Shown here: one piece after another, positions 15,125 to 22,994 of the stretch
Layout: each line of letters begins with the position of its first letter
Position numbering within the stretch: the first letter of the stretch is position 1
DNA from: a virus
Direction: 5' to 3' (one strand)
DNA length: 40,031 nucleotides
Virus record (IMG/VR): IMGVR_UViG_3300037540_000292
Coordinates: 1 to 40,031 of that record
Made by a program: the position numbers and the translations under genes
Notes under the pieces: generated by a model
Seen by the model: only the letters and a program-made list of their open reading frames with translations
The model's database searches: none
What the model was told of the DNA's origin: nothing

Positions 15125-16426
15125 ATGCCTTATCCGAATGAGCATGCCGCAAGAGTAAAAGACCCTGCCAAATTTCAGAAAGATTCTTTTAAACGTAAGA
15201 GCATATCTGCTGGCGTAAACATCATAATCGGGAAACTTGATGGTGAAACTACGATGACAACGCAAGCCTACCGTTTTGATAAAAATAAATTTACTGTATC
15301 TGAAGCAAAAAAATGGTTAAAAGATAATAACGTAGACTATATGTCTTTTGAGCCTGCAAGTGAAAAAAAGGAATTTCAAGCAAGTTTGCACGAGACGGTC
15401 AAAGATATTTTTTCAGCAGGAATTTGGAAAGGCGAAGAATATACAGAAGAAGACCTTGATGAAATGATAAATAATTTTAAGAGGTTTTCAAATTTTAGAG
15501 TCCCGCTTAAAATTGACTTTTTCAAAAATACAAAAACAGTTAGGCATGGGGGACAGCCTGCGGTGGGCTGGATTAAAGACTTAAAACGTGTTGGTGCGAA
15601 ACTATATGCACATATAGTTGATATTCCAAAGTCAATAAAGGAATTAATTGAAAATCGTGCTTATCGGAATGTATCGTCTGAAATTATTCATAATTTTTCT
15701 AATGGGGGTGATTTTTTCGGCAAAATTCTTTCTGGTGTAGCATTGCTTGGTGTTGAACATCCGGGTGTTGAAAATTTAGACGAGTTTGCAAAAATATATC
15801 AATCAGAATTTGATTTTTCAAACAGTGATGTAAGAAGTTACGTAGTGGATGAGAATTTAGAATTTCAATCTAAACAGGAGGTCAAAAAAATGTCAGAGCA
15901 AGTAATCGCAGTAAATGATGTTGAAGTAAAAAATTTGAAAGCAGAAAAAGAGCAGTTAGAATCACAGTTGAAGCAATTTCAGTCTAAATTTGATGAGTTA
16001 GAGACAAGCAAAGTAAAGGGAGACGAGGAACTTAATAAGATTAAGGCTGAAAAGAAGGCAACCGAAATAAAGCATTTTGTTTCGGCGATGGAGACTGCAG
16101 GGAAAATCTTGCCTGCACACAAGGAAAATGTGTGTGCAATTTTGGAAAATTTGGAAGATACCAACATGGTAAAATTTTCTAAAGACGGCGAGACAAAAGA
16201 AGTTAGTATAGTAAAAATGTTTCAAAACTTCGTTGAATCTCTTCCGCAATTAGTTAATTTTGATGAGAAATCAAAACAGGGCGAAATTAAGACGGAGAAA
16301 TTTGCAGCGAAAGATGAAACTGAAGAAGGCAGCAAAGAAGGGCAAATCCTTGATCAAAAAATTAAAAAGTATATGTCCGAAAATAAGGGCGTAAGTTATG
16401 AGGAGGCTTACGATAAAGTATCTTAA
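15125..16426 (+). CDS. Prohead protease/scaffold-like protein (Mu gpI-like)
   Basis: It sits between the portal and capsid genes. GQPAVGWIKDLKRVGAKLYAHI...AYRNVSSEI resembles Mu I-type proteins, and the C-terminal third is coiled coil. Confidence 0.6.
   Translation: MPYPNEHAARVKDPAKFQKDSFKRKSISAGVNIIIGKLDGETTMTTQAYRFDKNKFTVSEAKKWLKDNNVDYMSFEPASEKKEFQASLHETVKDIFSAGIWKGEEYTEEDLDEMINNFKRFSNFRVPLKIDFFKNTKTVRHGGQPAVGWIKDLKRVGAKLYAHIVDIPKSIKELIENRAYRNVSSEIIHNFSNGGDFFGKILSGVALLGVEHPGVENLDEFAKIYQSEFDFSNSDVRSYVVDENLEFQSKQEVKKMSEQVIAVNDVEVKNLKAEKEQLESQLKQFQSKFDELETSKVKGDEELNKIKAEKKATEIKHFVSAMETAGKILPAHKENVCAILENLEDTNMVKFSKDGETKEVSIVKMFQNFVESLPQLVNFDEKSKQGEIKTEKFAAKDETEEGSKEGQILDQKIKKYMSENKGVSYEEAYDKVS
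15890..16426 (+). CDS. Possible nested in-frame scaffold protein (internal start)
   Basis: AGGAGG (15876..81) lies 8 nt upstream of the in-frame ATG 15890, and the product is the coiled-coil C-terminal part. The arrangement is analogous to lambda C/Nu3 and Mu I/Z. Confidence 0.4.
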   Translation: MSEQVIAVNDVEVKNLKAEKEQLESQLKQFQSKFDELETSKVKGDEELNKIKAEKKATEIKHFVSAMETAGKILPAHKENVCAILENLEDTNMVKFSKDGETKEVSIVKMFQNFVESLPQLVNFDEKSKQGEIKTEKFAAKDETEEGSKEGQILDQKIKKYMSENKGVSYEEAYDKVS

Positions 16427-16445
16427 CTAACGGAGGAAAAATAAA

Positions 16446-16838
16446 ATGACTGCAATATCAGGATATTCTTACAATCCGCAAGTTGAAGGCGGATTAAAAG
16501 CAGGATCAGATTATTCGTCTGCTAATAATTATCTGCTAATGAAAATTGATACTTCGGCAGATGACCAATTGCTTACGGCAGGAGCTGGTGAGGAATGTGT
16601 TGGAATAAGAATAAATAAGCCTGGCAGTGGTGAGGCGGTTGAATTGGCAATTGGTGGAGTTGCACCCTTAAAACTTGGTGGAACTGTTACACGTGGCGGA
16701 CAAGTAAAATCAGATGCAAGCGGGCAGGGTGTAGCAGCAAGTAGCGATAAGGATAAAGCATTTGGGCAGGCATTAAGAAGTGGTGTGAGTGGTGATATTA
16801 TACCAATCTTAATTAAGCCTATCCATCTCGGTGTATAA
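16446..16838 (+). CDS. Head decoration / DUF2190-like protein
   Basis: 130-aa Gly/Ala-rich protein immediately upstream of the major capsid gene, with a pattern like DUF2190. Confidence 0.65.
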   Translation: MTAISGYSYNPQVEGGLKAGSDYSSANNYLLMKIDTSADDQLLTAGAGEECVGIRINKPGSGEAVELAIGGVAPLKLGGTVTRGGQVKSDASGQGVAASSDKDKAFGQALRSGVSGDIIPILIKPIHLGV

Positions 16839-16861
16839 TTTTTTGAAAAGGAGAAAATAAA

Positions 16862-17800
16862 ATGTCAGACAGAGGAACTATACATGTAAATAAAGCCTTG
16901 ACGACTGTAGCTGCTGGCTATAAAAACGCTGATTTTATTTGGAACAGAGTTTTACCGGCAATACCAGTTGACAAGGAAACTGATTTATATTACGAATTTG
17001 GGCAAGAATTTTTAAGATATTATGGCGAAAAAAGGGCAGACAAAACACCTGCCAGAAGAATTGATTCTTATTCTGCTTCTACGAAAACTTACATTTGCGA
17101 AGTACATTCTTACAAAGATTTGGTTTCTGATAGGGAACGTAGCAAAGCAGACCCGATTATACAGCCTGATAAAAGAGTTTTGCAAAACGTGGCAAGAATC
17201 GTTGATATGGATATTGAACAAGACGTTGCTGCTCAAGTTCAGGCTACCGGAAACTACACAGGAATGAATGCTGATCCAGATGTTAACTGGAATGCCAATG
17301 AAGCTGGAAGCGATCCAATTGGCGACGTTTTGGCTAAAAAAGATTTAGTCCAAAATGAAATTGGTGTTGAGCCAAATATAATGATTATAAACAAGAGCGT
17401 TTTTAATCAATTGAAGGTTCATCCGCAGTTACTTGATTATTACAAGTATACTGGCGTGCCAGTTTTAACGACTGAATTGATAGCAAAAGCATTTGAACTT
17501 CAGGAAATAATTGTCGGAAAAGCAATTGCTATTACGTCAAAACCCGGGCAGACGATAACCAAAAGCAAGATTTGGGCGTCTAATCATGCCTCTTTGCTTT
17601 ACCGGACTTCTTCACCTGCAATGGAAGAGCCGAGCTGGGGCTATACTTTTATGCACAAACTATTCGGTGGAATGACGGCAAAAGCGAAAAAGTGGCGTGA
17701 TGAGGACTTAGCTGGCGATTATATAGAAGTAACTCGTTCATATGACATAAAAGTTACCGGACAAAAAGCAGGATATTTGCTAACAAACGTTTTAGGTTAA
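16862..17800 (+). CDS. Major capsid protein (HK97-fold class)
   Basis: 312 aa with a strong RBS, positioned after the protease and decoration genes. The N-terminal pattern NKALTTVAAGYKN...VLPAIPVDKETDLYYEF is typical of capsid E-like families. Confidence 0.8.
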   Translation: MSDRGTIHVNKALTTVAAGYKNADFIWNRVLPAIPVDKETDLYYEFGQEFLRYYGEKRADKTPARRIDSYSASTKTYICEVHSYKDLVSDRERSKADPIIQPDKRVLQNVARIVDMDIEQDVAAQVQATGNYTGMNADPDVNWNANEAGSDPIGDVLAKKDLVQNEIGVEPNIMIINKSVFNQLKVHPQLLDYYKYTGVPVLTTELIAKAFELQEIIVGKAIAITSKPGQTITKSKIWASNHASLLYRTSSPAMEEPSWGYTFMHKLFGGMTAKAKKWRDEDLAGDYIEVTRSYDIKVTGQKAGYLLTNVLG

Positions 17801-17864
17801 TGTTTTATGCGTTTTTCGGTGTCCGCATGATAAACCGTAATTTTGTTTTTTTGGAGAATAAAAA

Positions 17865-18518
17865 ATGAAAAAAATAATGATATTCCTTGCTTTATGTTTT
17901 TGTATATCAATTGCAGAAGCGAGAACGACAAGACGCATTTGGAATTTTGGTATGCCTTATGGCGGGGTATCTACGCAGTTAACTTTGATTGACCCTGCAG
18001 CTGCAAGTCAGACGGCATTTAAGAATACTACTATATCCACAGCGACATTAGTTGCTGGTGCTACTACTTTTTCTCTTGCGAATGCTGATTTTACGGATAT
18101 AATCCATTTGCGGAATGCTACCGCACTTATTAACTTTGCTACCGGAATAGCGACGACTTCAGTTACCGGAACTTTAACAATTACTGGCACAGACCACAAA
18201 GACGATTCAGTAACGGAGACATTAAACGTCTCTACCGTTGCGGCTACTGGTTCGGTTGCGTGGCGTAGTATAACTTCAATGACGCTTACTATTAGCTCTA
18301 TCGTTGACGCTTCTACGGATGCACAGGTTCAGGTTGGTTCGGGTGATAAAATGGGACTTGCGAAAGACGTGATAGGCTCTGCCTATATCAATAAAGTTAT
18401 AGAGGCAGGTGCTTTGACTACTACTTACACTTTAGACACTACTTACGACACTATTACTTTTGTAAATGCACCAGATGGTGCTAAAGATTATGAAGTTTAC
18501 TTTTACGGATATGAATGA
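17865..18518 (+). CDS. Thr/Ala-rich protein with a predicted N-terminal signal peptide
   Basis: MKKIMIFLALCFCISIAEA followed by beta-rich sequence. GGAG RBS. Confidence 0.8.
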   Translation: MKKIMIFLALCFCISIAEARTTRRIWNFGMPYGGVSTQLTLIDPAAASQTAFKNTTISTATLVAGATTFSLANADFTDIIHLRNATALINFATGIATTSVTGTLTITGTDHKDDSVTETLNVSTVAATGSVAWRSITSMTLTISSIVDASTDAQVQVGSGDKMGLAKDVIGSAYINKVIEAGALTTTYTLDTTYDTITFVNAPDGAKDYEVYFYGYE

Positions 18519-18526
18519 GGCAAAAA

Positions 18527-18883
18527 ATGAAAAAGATATTAATTAGCCTTGCCTTCGTTGTTTGTTTTTTTTCAATTTCGCAAGCAGTTATTAGGACAGA
18601 GCCAAAGTATGTAGCTGGCAAAACCACTTCAGATGTAATAATTGATTCTACCACAGTGAATTTTTACGTAACAAAAATGAGGTTTGAGGTGGCAGGAACT
18701 TATGCAATTATTAAGTCTTCTATGGCGAAGGATGCAAGTCAGGATTGGTATATTTTGGACACGCCTAACGAAATTGAATTTTTTGAGCCTGTTATTTTTA
18801 ATGGAACGGGCAAACTCATACAGATTGACCTTCAGTCTGGCGATACGGTTTATTATCGGATTGATGGTTTTTCTGCACGATAA
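18527..18883 (+). CDS. Hypothetical protein with a predicted N-terminal signal peptide
   Basis: MKKILISLAFVVCFFSISQA. A GAGG RBS favours ATG 18527 over ATG 18515. Confidence 0.75.
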   Translation: MKKILISLAFVVCFFSISQAVIRTEPKYVAGKTTSDVIIDSTTVNFYVTKMRFEVAGTYAIIKSSMAKDASQDWYILDTPNEIEFFEPVIFNGTGKLIQIDLQSGDTVYYRIDGFSAR

Positions 18884-18899
18884 AAGGAGAGAATTGACT

Positions 18900-19199
18900 A
18901 TGCATAATTTCAAAGTTTTAAGACCTCTTTCAATTGATGTTGGAGAAGGCAAAAAAGATTATAAATTTGGAGATATTTTAACCATAAAAGATGGCGTTGA
19001 AAAAAGCATTTATGAAAATATATTGCGTTTTGAACGCTATCGTTATATTGAATATCAAAGAAATATAGTAGTTAAAGGTGTCAAGACGGAAGTGAAAAAA
19101 GAAGTAAAGGTAGAAAAACCAGAAATACAGGTAAAAACTGAACCAAAAAAAGAAGTAAAGATTGAATCCAAAAAACGTGGACGTCCTAAAAAGAGATAA
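18900..19199 (+). CDS. Hypothetical protein with a K/E-rich repeat tail ending in an AT-hook-like KKRGRPKKR
   Basis: An AAAGGAGAG RBS lies before ATG 18900. The upstream part of track ORF 18684..19199 overlaps the previous gene and looks like junk. Confidence 0.7.
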   Translation: MHNFKVLRPLSIDVGEGKKDYKFGDILTIKDGVEKSIYENILRFERYRYIEYQRNIVVKGVKTEVKKEVKVEKPEIQVKTEPKKEVKIESKKRGRPKKR

Positions 19200-19663
19200 T
19201 GGCATACTCAACAGCGACTCAAGTAAAAGAAATTTTACTAAAAGTCAATACCAACGTCATAAGCGACGCTGCTATTGATGGACAAATAGCACGTGCCGAT
19301 TCTGATATTGATTCAAAACTTGGTGGGATATACGATGTGCCATTTAGTCCAATTCCCGCGATAATAAATACAATATCCACGTTTTTGGCGTCTTATTTTG
19401 TAATGCTTACTTTTTTTATGCGTGATAGCCAAAATAAAAGTGAATGGGTTGATAAATTACAATCCAACGCCAAAGGTTATTTGGATGAAATTTTGCAAAA
19501 TAAAAGACTTGTTTTAGATTCTGAAGGTGAGGAAGTTTCACAGCGTGGCAGTTCTTTGAAATCAAATACCGAAGATTTTCAACCAGTATTTGATATGGAT
19601 CCGATTATAGATTCAAAAGTTGACCCCGATTTGCTTGATGAAATAGCGGATAGCAGAGGATGA
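19199..19663 (+). CDS. DUF1320 / Mu gp36-like head-tail connector protein
   Basis: The N-terminus MAYSTATQVKEIL...IARADSDIDSKLGGIYDVPF resembles DUF1320. Confidence 0.65.
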   Translation: MAYSTATQVKEILLKVNTNVISDAAIDGQIARADSDIDSKLGGIYDVPFSPIPAIINTISTFLASYFVMLTFFMRDSQNKSEWVDKLQSNAKGYLDEILQNKRLVLDSEGEEVSQRGSSLKSNTEDFQPVFDMDPIIDSKVDPDLLDEIADSRG

Positions 19664-20094
19664 CAGTTCAATTTAAGGGCATTAATGAATTAAGCAAATA
19701 TCTTAAAACGGTTAGAAACGAAATTTCCAATCCTCTTAAATTTCACAAACAGGCGTCTGTAATAATGCTTGCCGATGTTCAGAATCATTTTAGTAAAGAA
19801 CAGGGGCCTGGGGGCAAATGGAAATCATTAAGTCCTGTAACTATATTTAGACGTAGAGGTGGGGGGCAAAGTAAAAGTGCAAAGATTTTGCAAGATACAG
19901 GACGTTTGAGGAATAGTATCGTAAATGATTCATCATCTAAAGGTGCAGAAGTTGGGACTAACGTTGAATATGCGAAATATCACGATTCCGATAAACCACG
20001 AAAGAAATTGCCACAACGTAAATTTTTATGGATTTCACAAATGAGAATAGACCAAATTTTGAATAACGTAATTAAGTTTTTGAAAAAGGCGTAA
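19660..20094 (+). CDS. Virion morphogenesis protein (Mu gpG-like)
   Basis: NHFSKEQGPGGKWKSLSPVT...ILQDTGRLRNSI...VGTNVEYAKYH...LPQRKFL fits the virion morphogenesis family. Confidence 0.65.
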   Translation: MTVQFKGINELSKYLKTVRNEISNPLKFHKQASVIMLADVQNHFSKEQGPGGKWKSLSPVTIFRRRGGGQSKSAKILQDTGRLRNSIVNDSSSKGAEVGTNVEYAKYHDSDKPRKKLPQRKFLWISQMRIDQILNNVIKFLKKA

Positions 20095-20095
20095 T

Positions 20096-20581
20096 ATGGC
20101 ACTAATAATTCCTTATATTGACTATAAAGCAAAACGAGACGCAATTTTGACATTGTTACGAGATAATGTAGCGACTCTCAATCAAGATTTGACAAACGGA
20201 ACTTTTACAAATCCTACCGGGCAAATAATTGCTGGTGATATAGCAATCACTCCGATTTTTGACGTTGTTTATCCTGTTATTATGGTTAAGATAATTAATA
20301 AGTCTGAAGAATTTAGGGCTATTGGTAGTGCTGGTCGCAAAATTCCTACTTTAACTTTTAGAATTTATGGCATTACGCAAAAGATAGAATCGGACGTTGA
20401 CGCTGAAATAATGCTTTTGACGAAAAATTTAGAATCTGTATTTAGAGACAATATATCGGTTAATGATAATTTTTTATGGGTAAATCCTTCTTTTGCTGAT
20501 TTTGGTGCAGCTGAAATGCAAAGTGGAGTTTGGACTTCAGTCGTCGCATTAAATTTAGACTGTAACTTGGAGGTAAAATGA
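20096..20581 (+). CDS. Putative neck / tail completion protein
   Basis: 161 aa, placed between the connector genes and the tail tube gene. The call rests on position only. Confidence 0.5.
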   Translation: MALIIPYIDYKAKRDAILTLLRDNVATLNQDLTNGTFTNPTGQIIAGDIAITPIFDVVYPVIMVKIINKSEEFRAIGSAGRKIPTLTFRIYGITQKIESDVDAEIMLLTKNLESVFRDNISVNDNFLWVNPSFADFGAAEMQSGVWTSVVALNLDCNLEVK

Positions 20582-20793
20582 AAGTTAAATATATTGCAAG
20601 TGAGACGATAAAGGCAAATCTTGACAATGGATTTAAGATAATCAGGCAAGGTGATATTTTATATATGACCGAAACTCAATTTGAATTTTTCAAGCCTTTA
20701 GGATTTGAGGAAATTTTAGAAGAGGTAAAAACGCAGGTTGAAGAAAATAGTGAAGAAAAAAAATATAAAAAATCTAAAAAGAATCGGAGGTAA
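20578..20793 (+). CDS. Hypothetical protein
   Basis: 71-aa ORF with an ATGA overlap. Confidence 0.65.
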   Translation: MKVKYIASETIKANLDNGFKIIRQGDILYMTETQFEFFKPLGFEEILEEVKTQVEENSEEKKYKKSKKNRR

Positions 20794-20799
20794 TTTAAC

Positions 20800-22113
20800 A
20801 TGGTTTTAGGATTAGGTTTTAAGGGTGGAATTATAGGACTTGGCGAAGAATCGGAATGGGGAACATCAGTAGTCCGAACTAAATTTTTTGAGATAAATTC
20901 AGACGGATTAGTAGTTGAAGAAGATAGATTGCACAGCGAGGCAATTCCGCAGGTATATTCGGATATAAATGAAGTATCACAAAGCAATATCAATGCTGGC
21001 GGAGAGGTAGAAGCCGAAATACGTTATCAAGGACACGAACTTTTATTTAAGCATGCAATGGGTAGTATTTCTACGTCCGAAGTTGCCTCTTTCGTTGTTT
21101 CTGCTGCTAATAAGTATATTGATTTCAAGGAAGACGCTGGTTCGGAATTAAATGCTACCGTAGCTGAAAGCACCTATATCATGGGTGCTGACGATTCTGT
21201 TTCTGGTAGTTTGTGTGAAGCGATCAAAACCGCTCTTGAATCTGCAGGCTCTGGAACTTATGCAGTATCTTTTAGCACGGTTACAAATAAAATCACAATA
21301 GCCGTCTCTGGTGGTGCAAGTGCAGTGCAATTCCTCTGGAAAACTGGCACTCACGGAAGCGACAATACTGATGACCATATTGGCACTTTAATTGGTTTTG
21401 ATGACACTGCTGATGGTTCAAGCGTGGCTTCTGATACTGGAGATAATGCCGTGCAACCCGTTTATGCACATACTTTTAGTTTGGCTGATGAGTTGCCTAC
21501 TGGATTGTCGGTTGAAATAGATAGAGATTCAAACGGTTTCCTTTATGCTGGTGGGAAAATAAACACTATGGCATTGACTTTGGAACAGGGTGGTTTTTTA
21601 ATGGGGACTTTTGGCATAGTAGCCAAAGACCAAACTACTGTAAGTGTAACCTCTGCCACCTTACCGACTTCGGGACTTGTCAATTTTTCGCAAGGAGCAA
21701 TAATTTACGGGGGGCAATCTAAAGATGTTACTACTTTTAATTTCACCCTAAATAACAATCTAAAAACAGATAGACGCTTTATTGGTTCAAGATATATTAA
21801 AGAACCAAAACGTTCGGATAAAATTGACGTTAGCGGAACATTTACGATCGAATTTGAAAGTCTTACTGAATATAACAATTTCAGAAATTTTACGTCTGCA
21901 ATACTTAATCTTGTTTTTACTGGCACTGAAATAAAAGCAGGATATAGTTATACTATGACGATTAATTTCCCAATAACAAAACTTACAAGTGGAAATCCTA
22001 TAATAAGTGATGAGGGGCCGATAATGGTTGAGTTGCCTTTTAAGGCTTACGCTACTGATTCATCGTCAAGAGAATTTACTCTTGTTTTACAAAACGCTTT
22101 AGCAAGCGTTTAA
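20800..22113 (+). CDS. Major tail (tube) protein with an inserted domain
   Basis: 437 aa, upstream of the chaperone pair and tape measure. The N-terminal GLGEESEWGTSVV...FEINSDGL resembles tail tube families. No sheath gene is present. Confidence 0.6.
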   Translation: MVLGLGFKGGIIGLGEESEWGTSVVRTKFFEINSDGLVVEEDRLHSEAIPQVYSDINEVSQSNINAGGEVEAEIRYQGHELLFKHAMGSISTSEVASFVVSAANKYIDFKEDAGSELNATVAESTYIMGADDSVSGSLCEAIKTALESAGSGTYAVSFSTVTNKITIAVSGGASAVQFLWKTGTHGSDNTDDHIGTLIGFDDTADGSSVASDTGDNAVQPVYAHTFSLADELPTGLSVEIDRDSNGFLYAGGKINTMALTLEQGGFLMGTFGIVAKDQTTVSVTSATLPTSGLVNFSQGAIIYGGQSKDVTTFNFTLNNNLKTDRRFIGSRYIKEPKRSDKIDVSGTFTIEFESLTEYNNFRNFTSAILNLVFTGTEIKAGYSYTMTINFPITKLTSGNPIISDEGPIMVELPFKAYATDSSSREFTLVLQNALASV

Positions 22114-22139
22114 TTAATGAATTGGGGAGGTGATTTGAT

Positions 22140-22364
22140 TTGAGAATTGTAATTGAAACAAAGGGAGATTTGGAAAGTAAAATTGCAATTAATGGCGAAA
22201 AGTTGGAAGATTCTCTAAAAGAGTTTAATCTTACAATCAAGGCAGGACGCAAACCTAAATTGCAAATGATAAGAGAATTTGCAGGTGAAAATGTTTTTCA
22301 AACACTTTACGGTGGAGATTTTGAAAAATATGATGAGGTTCATTTAATTAAAAAGGAGAATTAG
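22140..22364 (+). CDS. Hypothetical protein (TTG start)
   Basis: GGAGGTGA lies upstream of TTG 22140. 74 aa. Confidence 0.6.
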   Translation: MRIVIETKGDLESKIAINGEKLEDSLKEFNLTIKAGRKPKLQMIREFAGENVFQTLYGGDFEKYDEVHLIKKEN

Positions 22365-22366
22365 AA

Positions 22367-22789
22367 ATGCAAGAATTAATACCTACCACAAAAGAATCAT
22401 ACTTACAAAAAGCAAATCAAACAAAAAAAATAACGCTTACATCTGGTAATGTTTTTGAGATTCGTAAAATCAATTCAAGGCAATTGCATAGAGATTCTTT
22501 GAGTATTCACTTAAAATCTTATAAAGAATTGTCGGATAAAACTACACAGGAAAAACAAAAGATTTTATCTGAAAAAGAAGGTGAAAAGACTTTAAGCGAT
22601 GGAATAAGATTTAGCGAGAAATTGATTTGCCTTGCAGTAGTTTTTCCCAAAATTACTTTAGAAAAAAATAATGCTGATTTACATATTGACGAAATAGTAG
22701 ATGAGGATTTTCAAGAATTGACAAATCATATTACTGAGTTTAGTTTAGGAGGCTCAAGGCAAAACCTTGAGTCCTTTCGTAAAGACTAA
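22367..22789 (+). CDS. Tail assembly chaperone (G-like)
   Basis: 140 aa, directly upstream of the tape measure gene, with an overlapping downstream ORF in another frame. Confidence 0.6.
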   Translation: MQELIPTTKESYLQKANQTKKITLTSGNVFEIRKINSRQLHRDSLSIHLKSYKELSDKTTQEKQKILSEKEGEKTLSDGIRFSEKLICLAVVFPKITLEKNNADLHIDEIVDEDFQELTNHITEFSLGGSRQNLESFRKD

Positions 22790-22994
22790 TTTGCCTTTTT
22801 ATTTGGATTATGTTTGTCATCGTTATGGCGGAAATCCGTCGGACTTAATGAATAAAAATATAGAAGATTTACAGATTGATTTTTTATGTGCTACTTTTGG
22901 GAATGAGTTAGAAGTTAGACAAATAGAAGAAGTAAACAAAAAAAATAAGATGAAAAATAATTTTAACCCAAAACGGTTTCGGAGATTTCGCTAA
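22767..22994 (+). CDS. Tail assembly chaperone extension (T-like), possibly expressed by frameshift from 22367..22789
   Basis: The frame is open from 22749 and overlaps the end of the G-like ORF by about 40 nt. It ends at the tape measure start. It is in the +1 frame relative to the G-like ORF. Confidence 0.45.
   Translation: MSPFVKTNLPFYLDYVCHRYGGNPSDLMNKNIEDLQIDFLCATFGNELEVRQIEEVNKKNKMKNNFNPKRFRRFR

Noticed and set aside
17806-17853. Weak hairpin (ATGCG...CGCAT) and a distant T-run after the major capsid gene as a terminator
   Set aside because: The stem is only 5 bp with a 12-nt loop, and the T-run begins about 20 nt downstream. This is not convincing.
18684-18899. Upstream 72 codons of track ORF 18684..19199
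   Set aside because: This part overlaps gene 18527..18883 out of frame and translates to junk. A strong RBS precedes the internal ATG at 18900, which I take as the real start.
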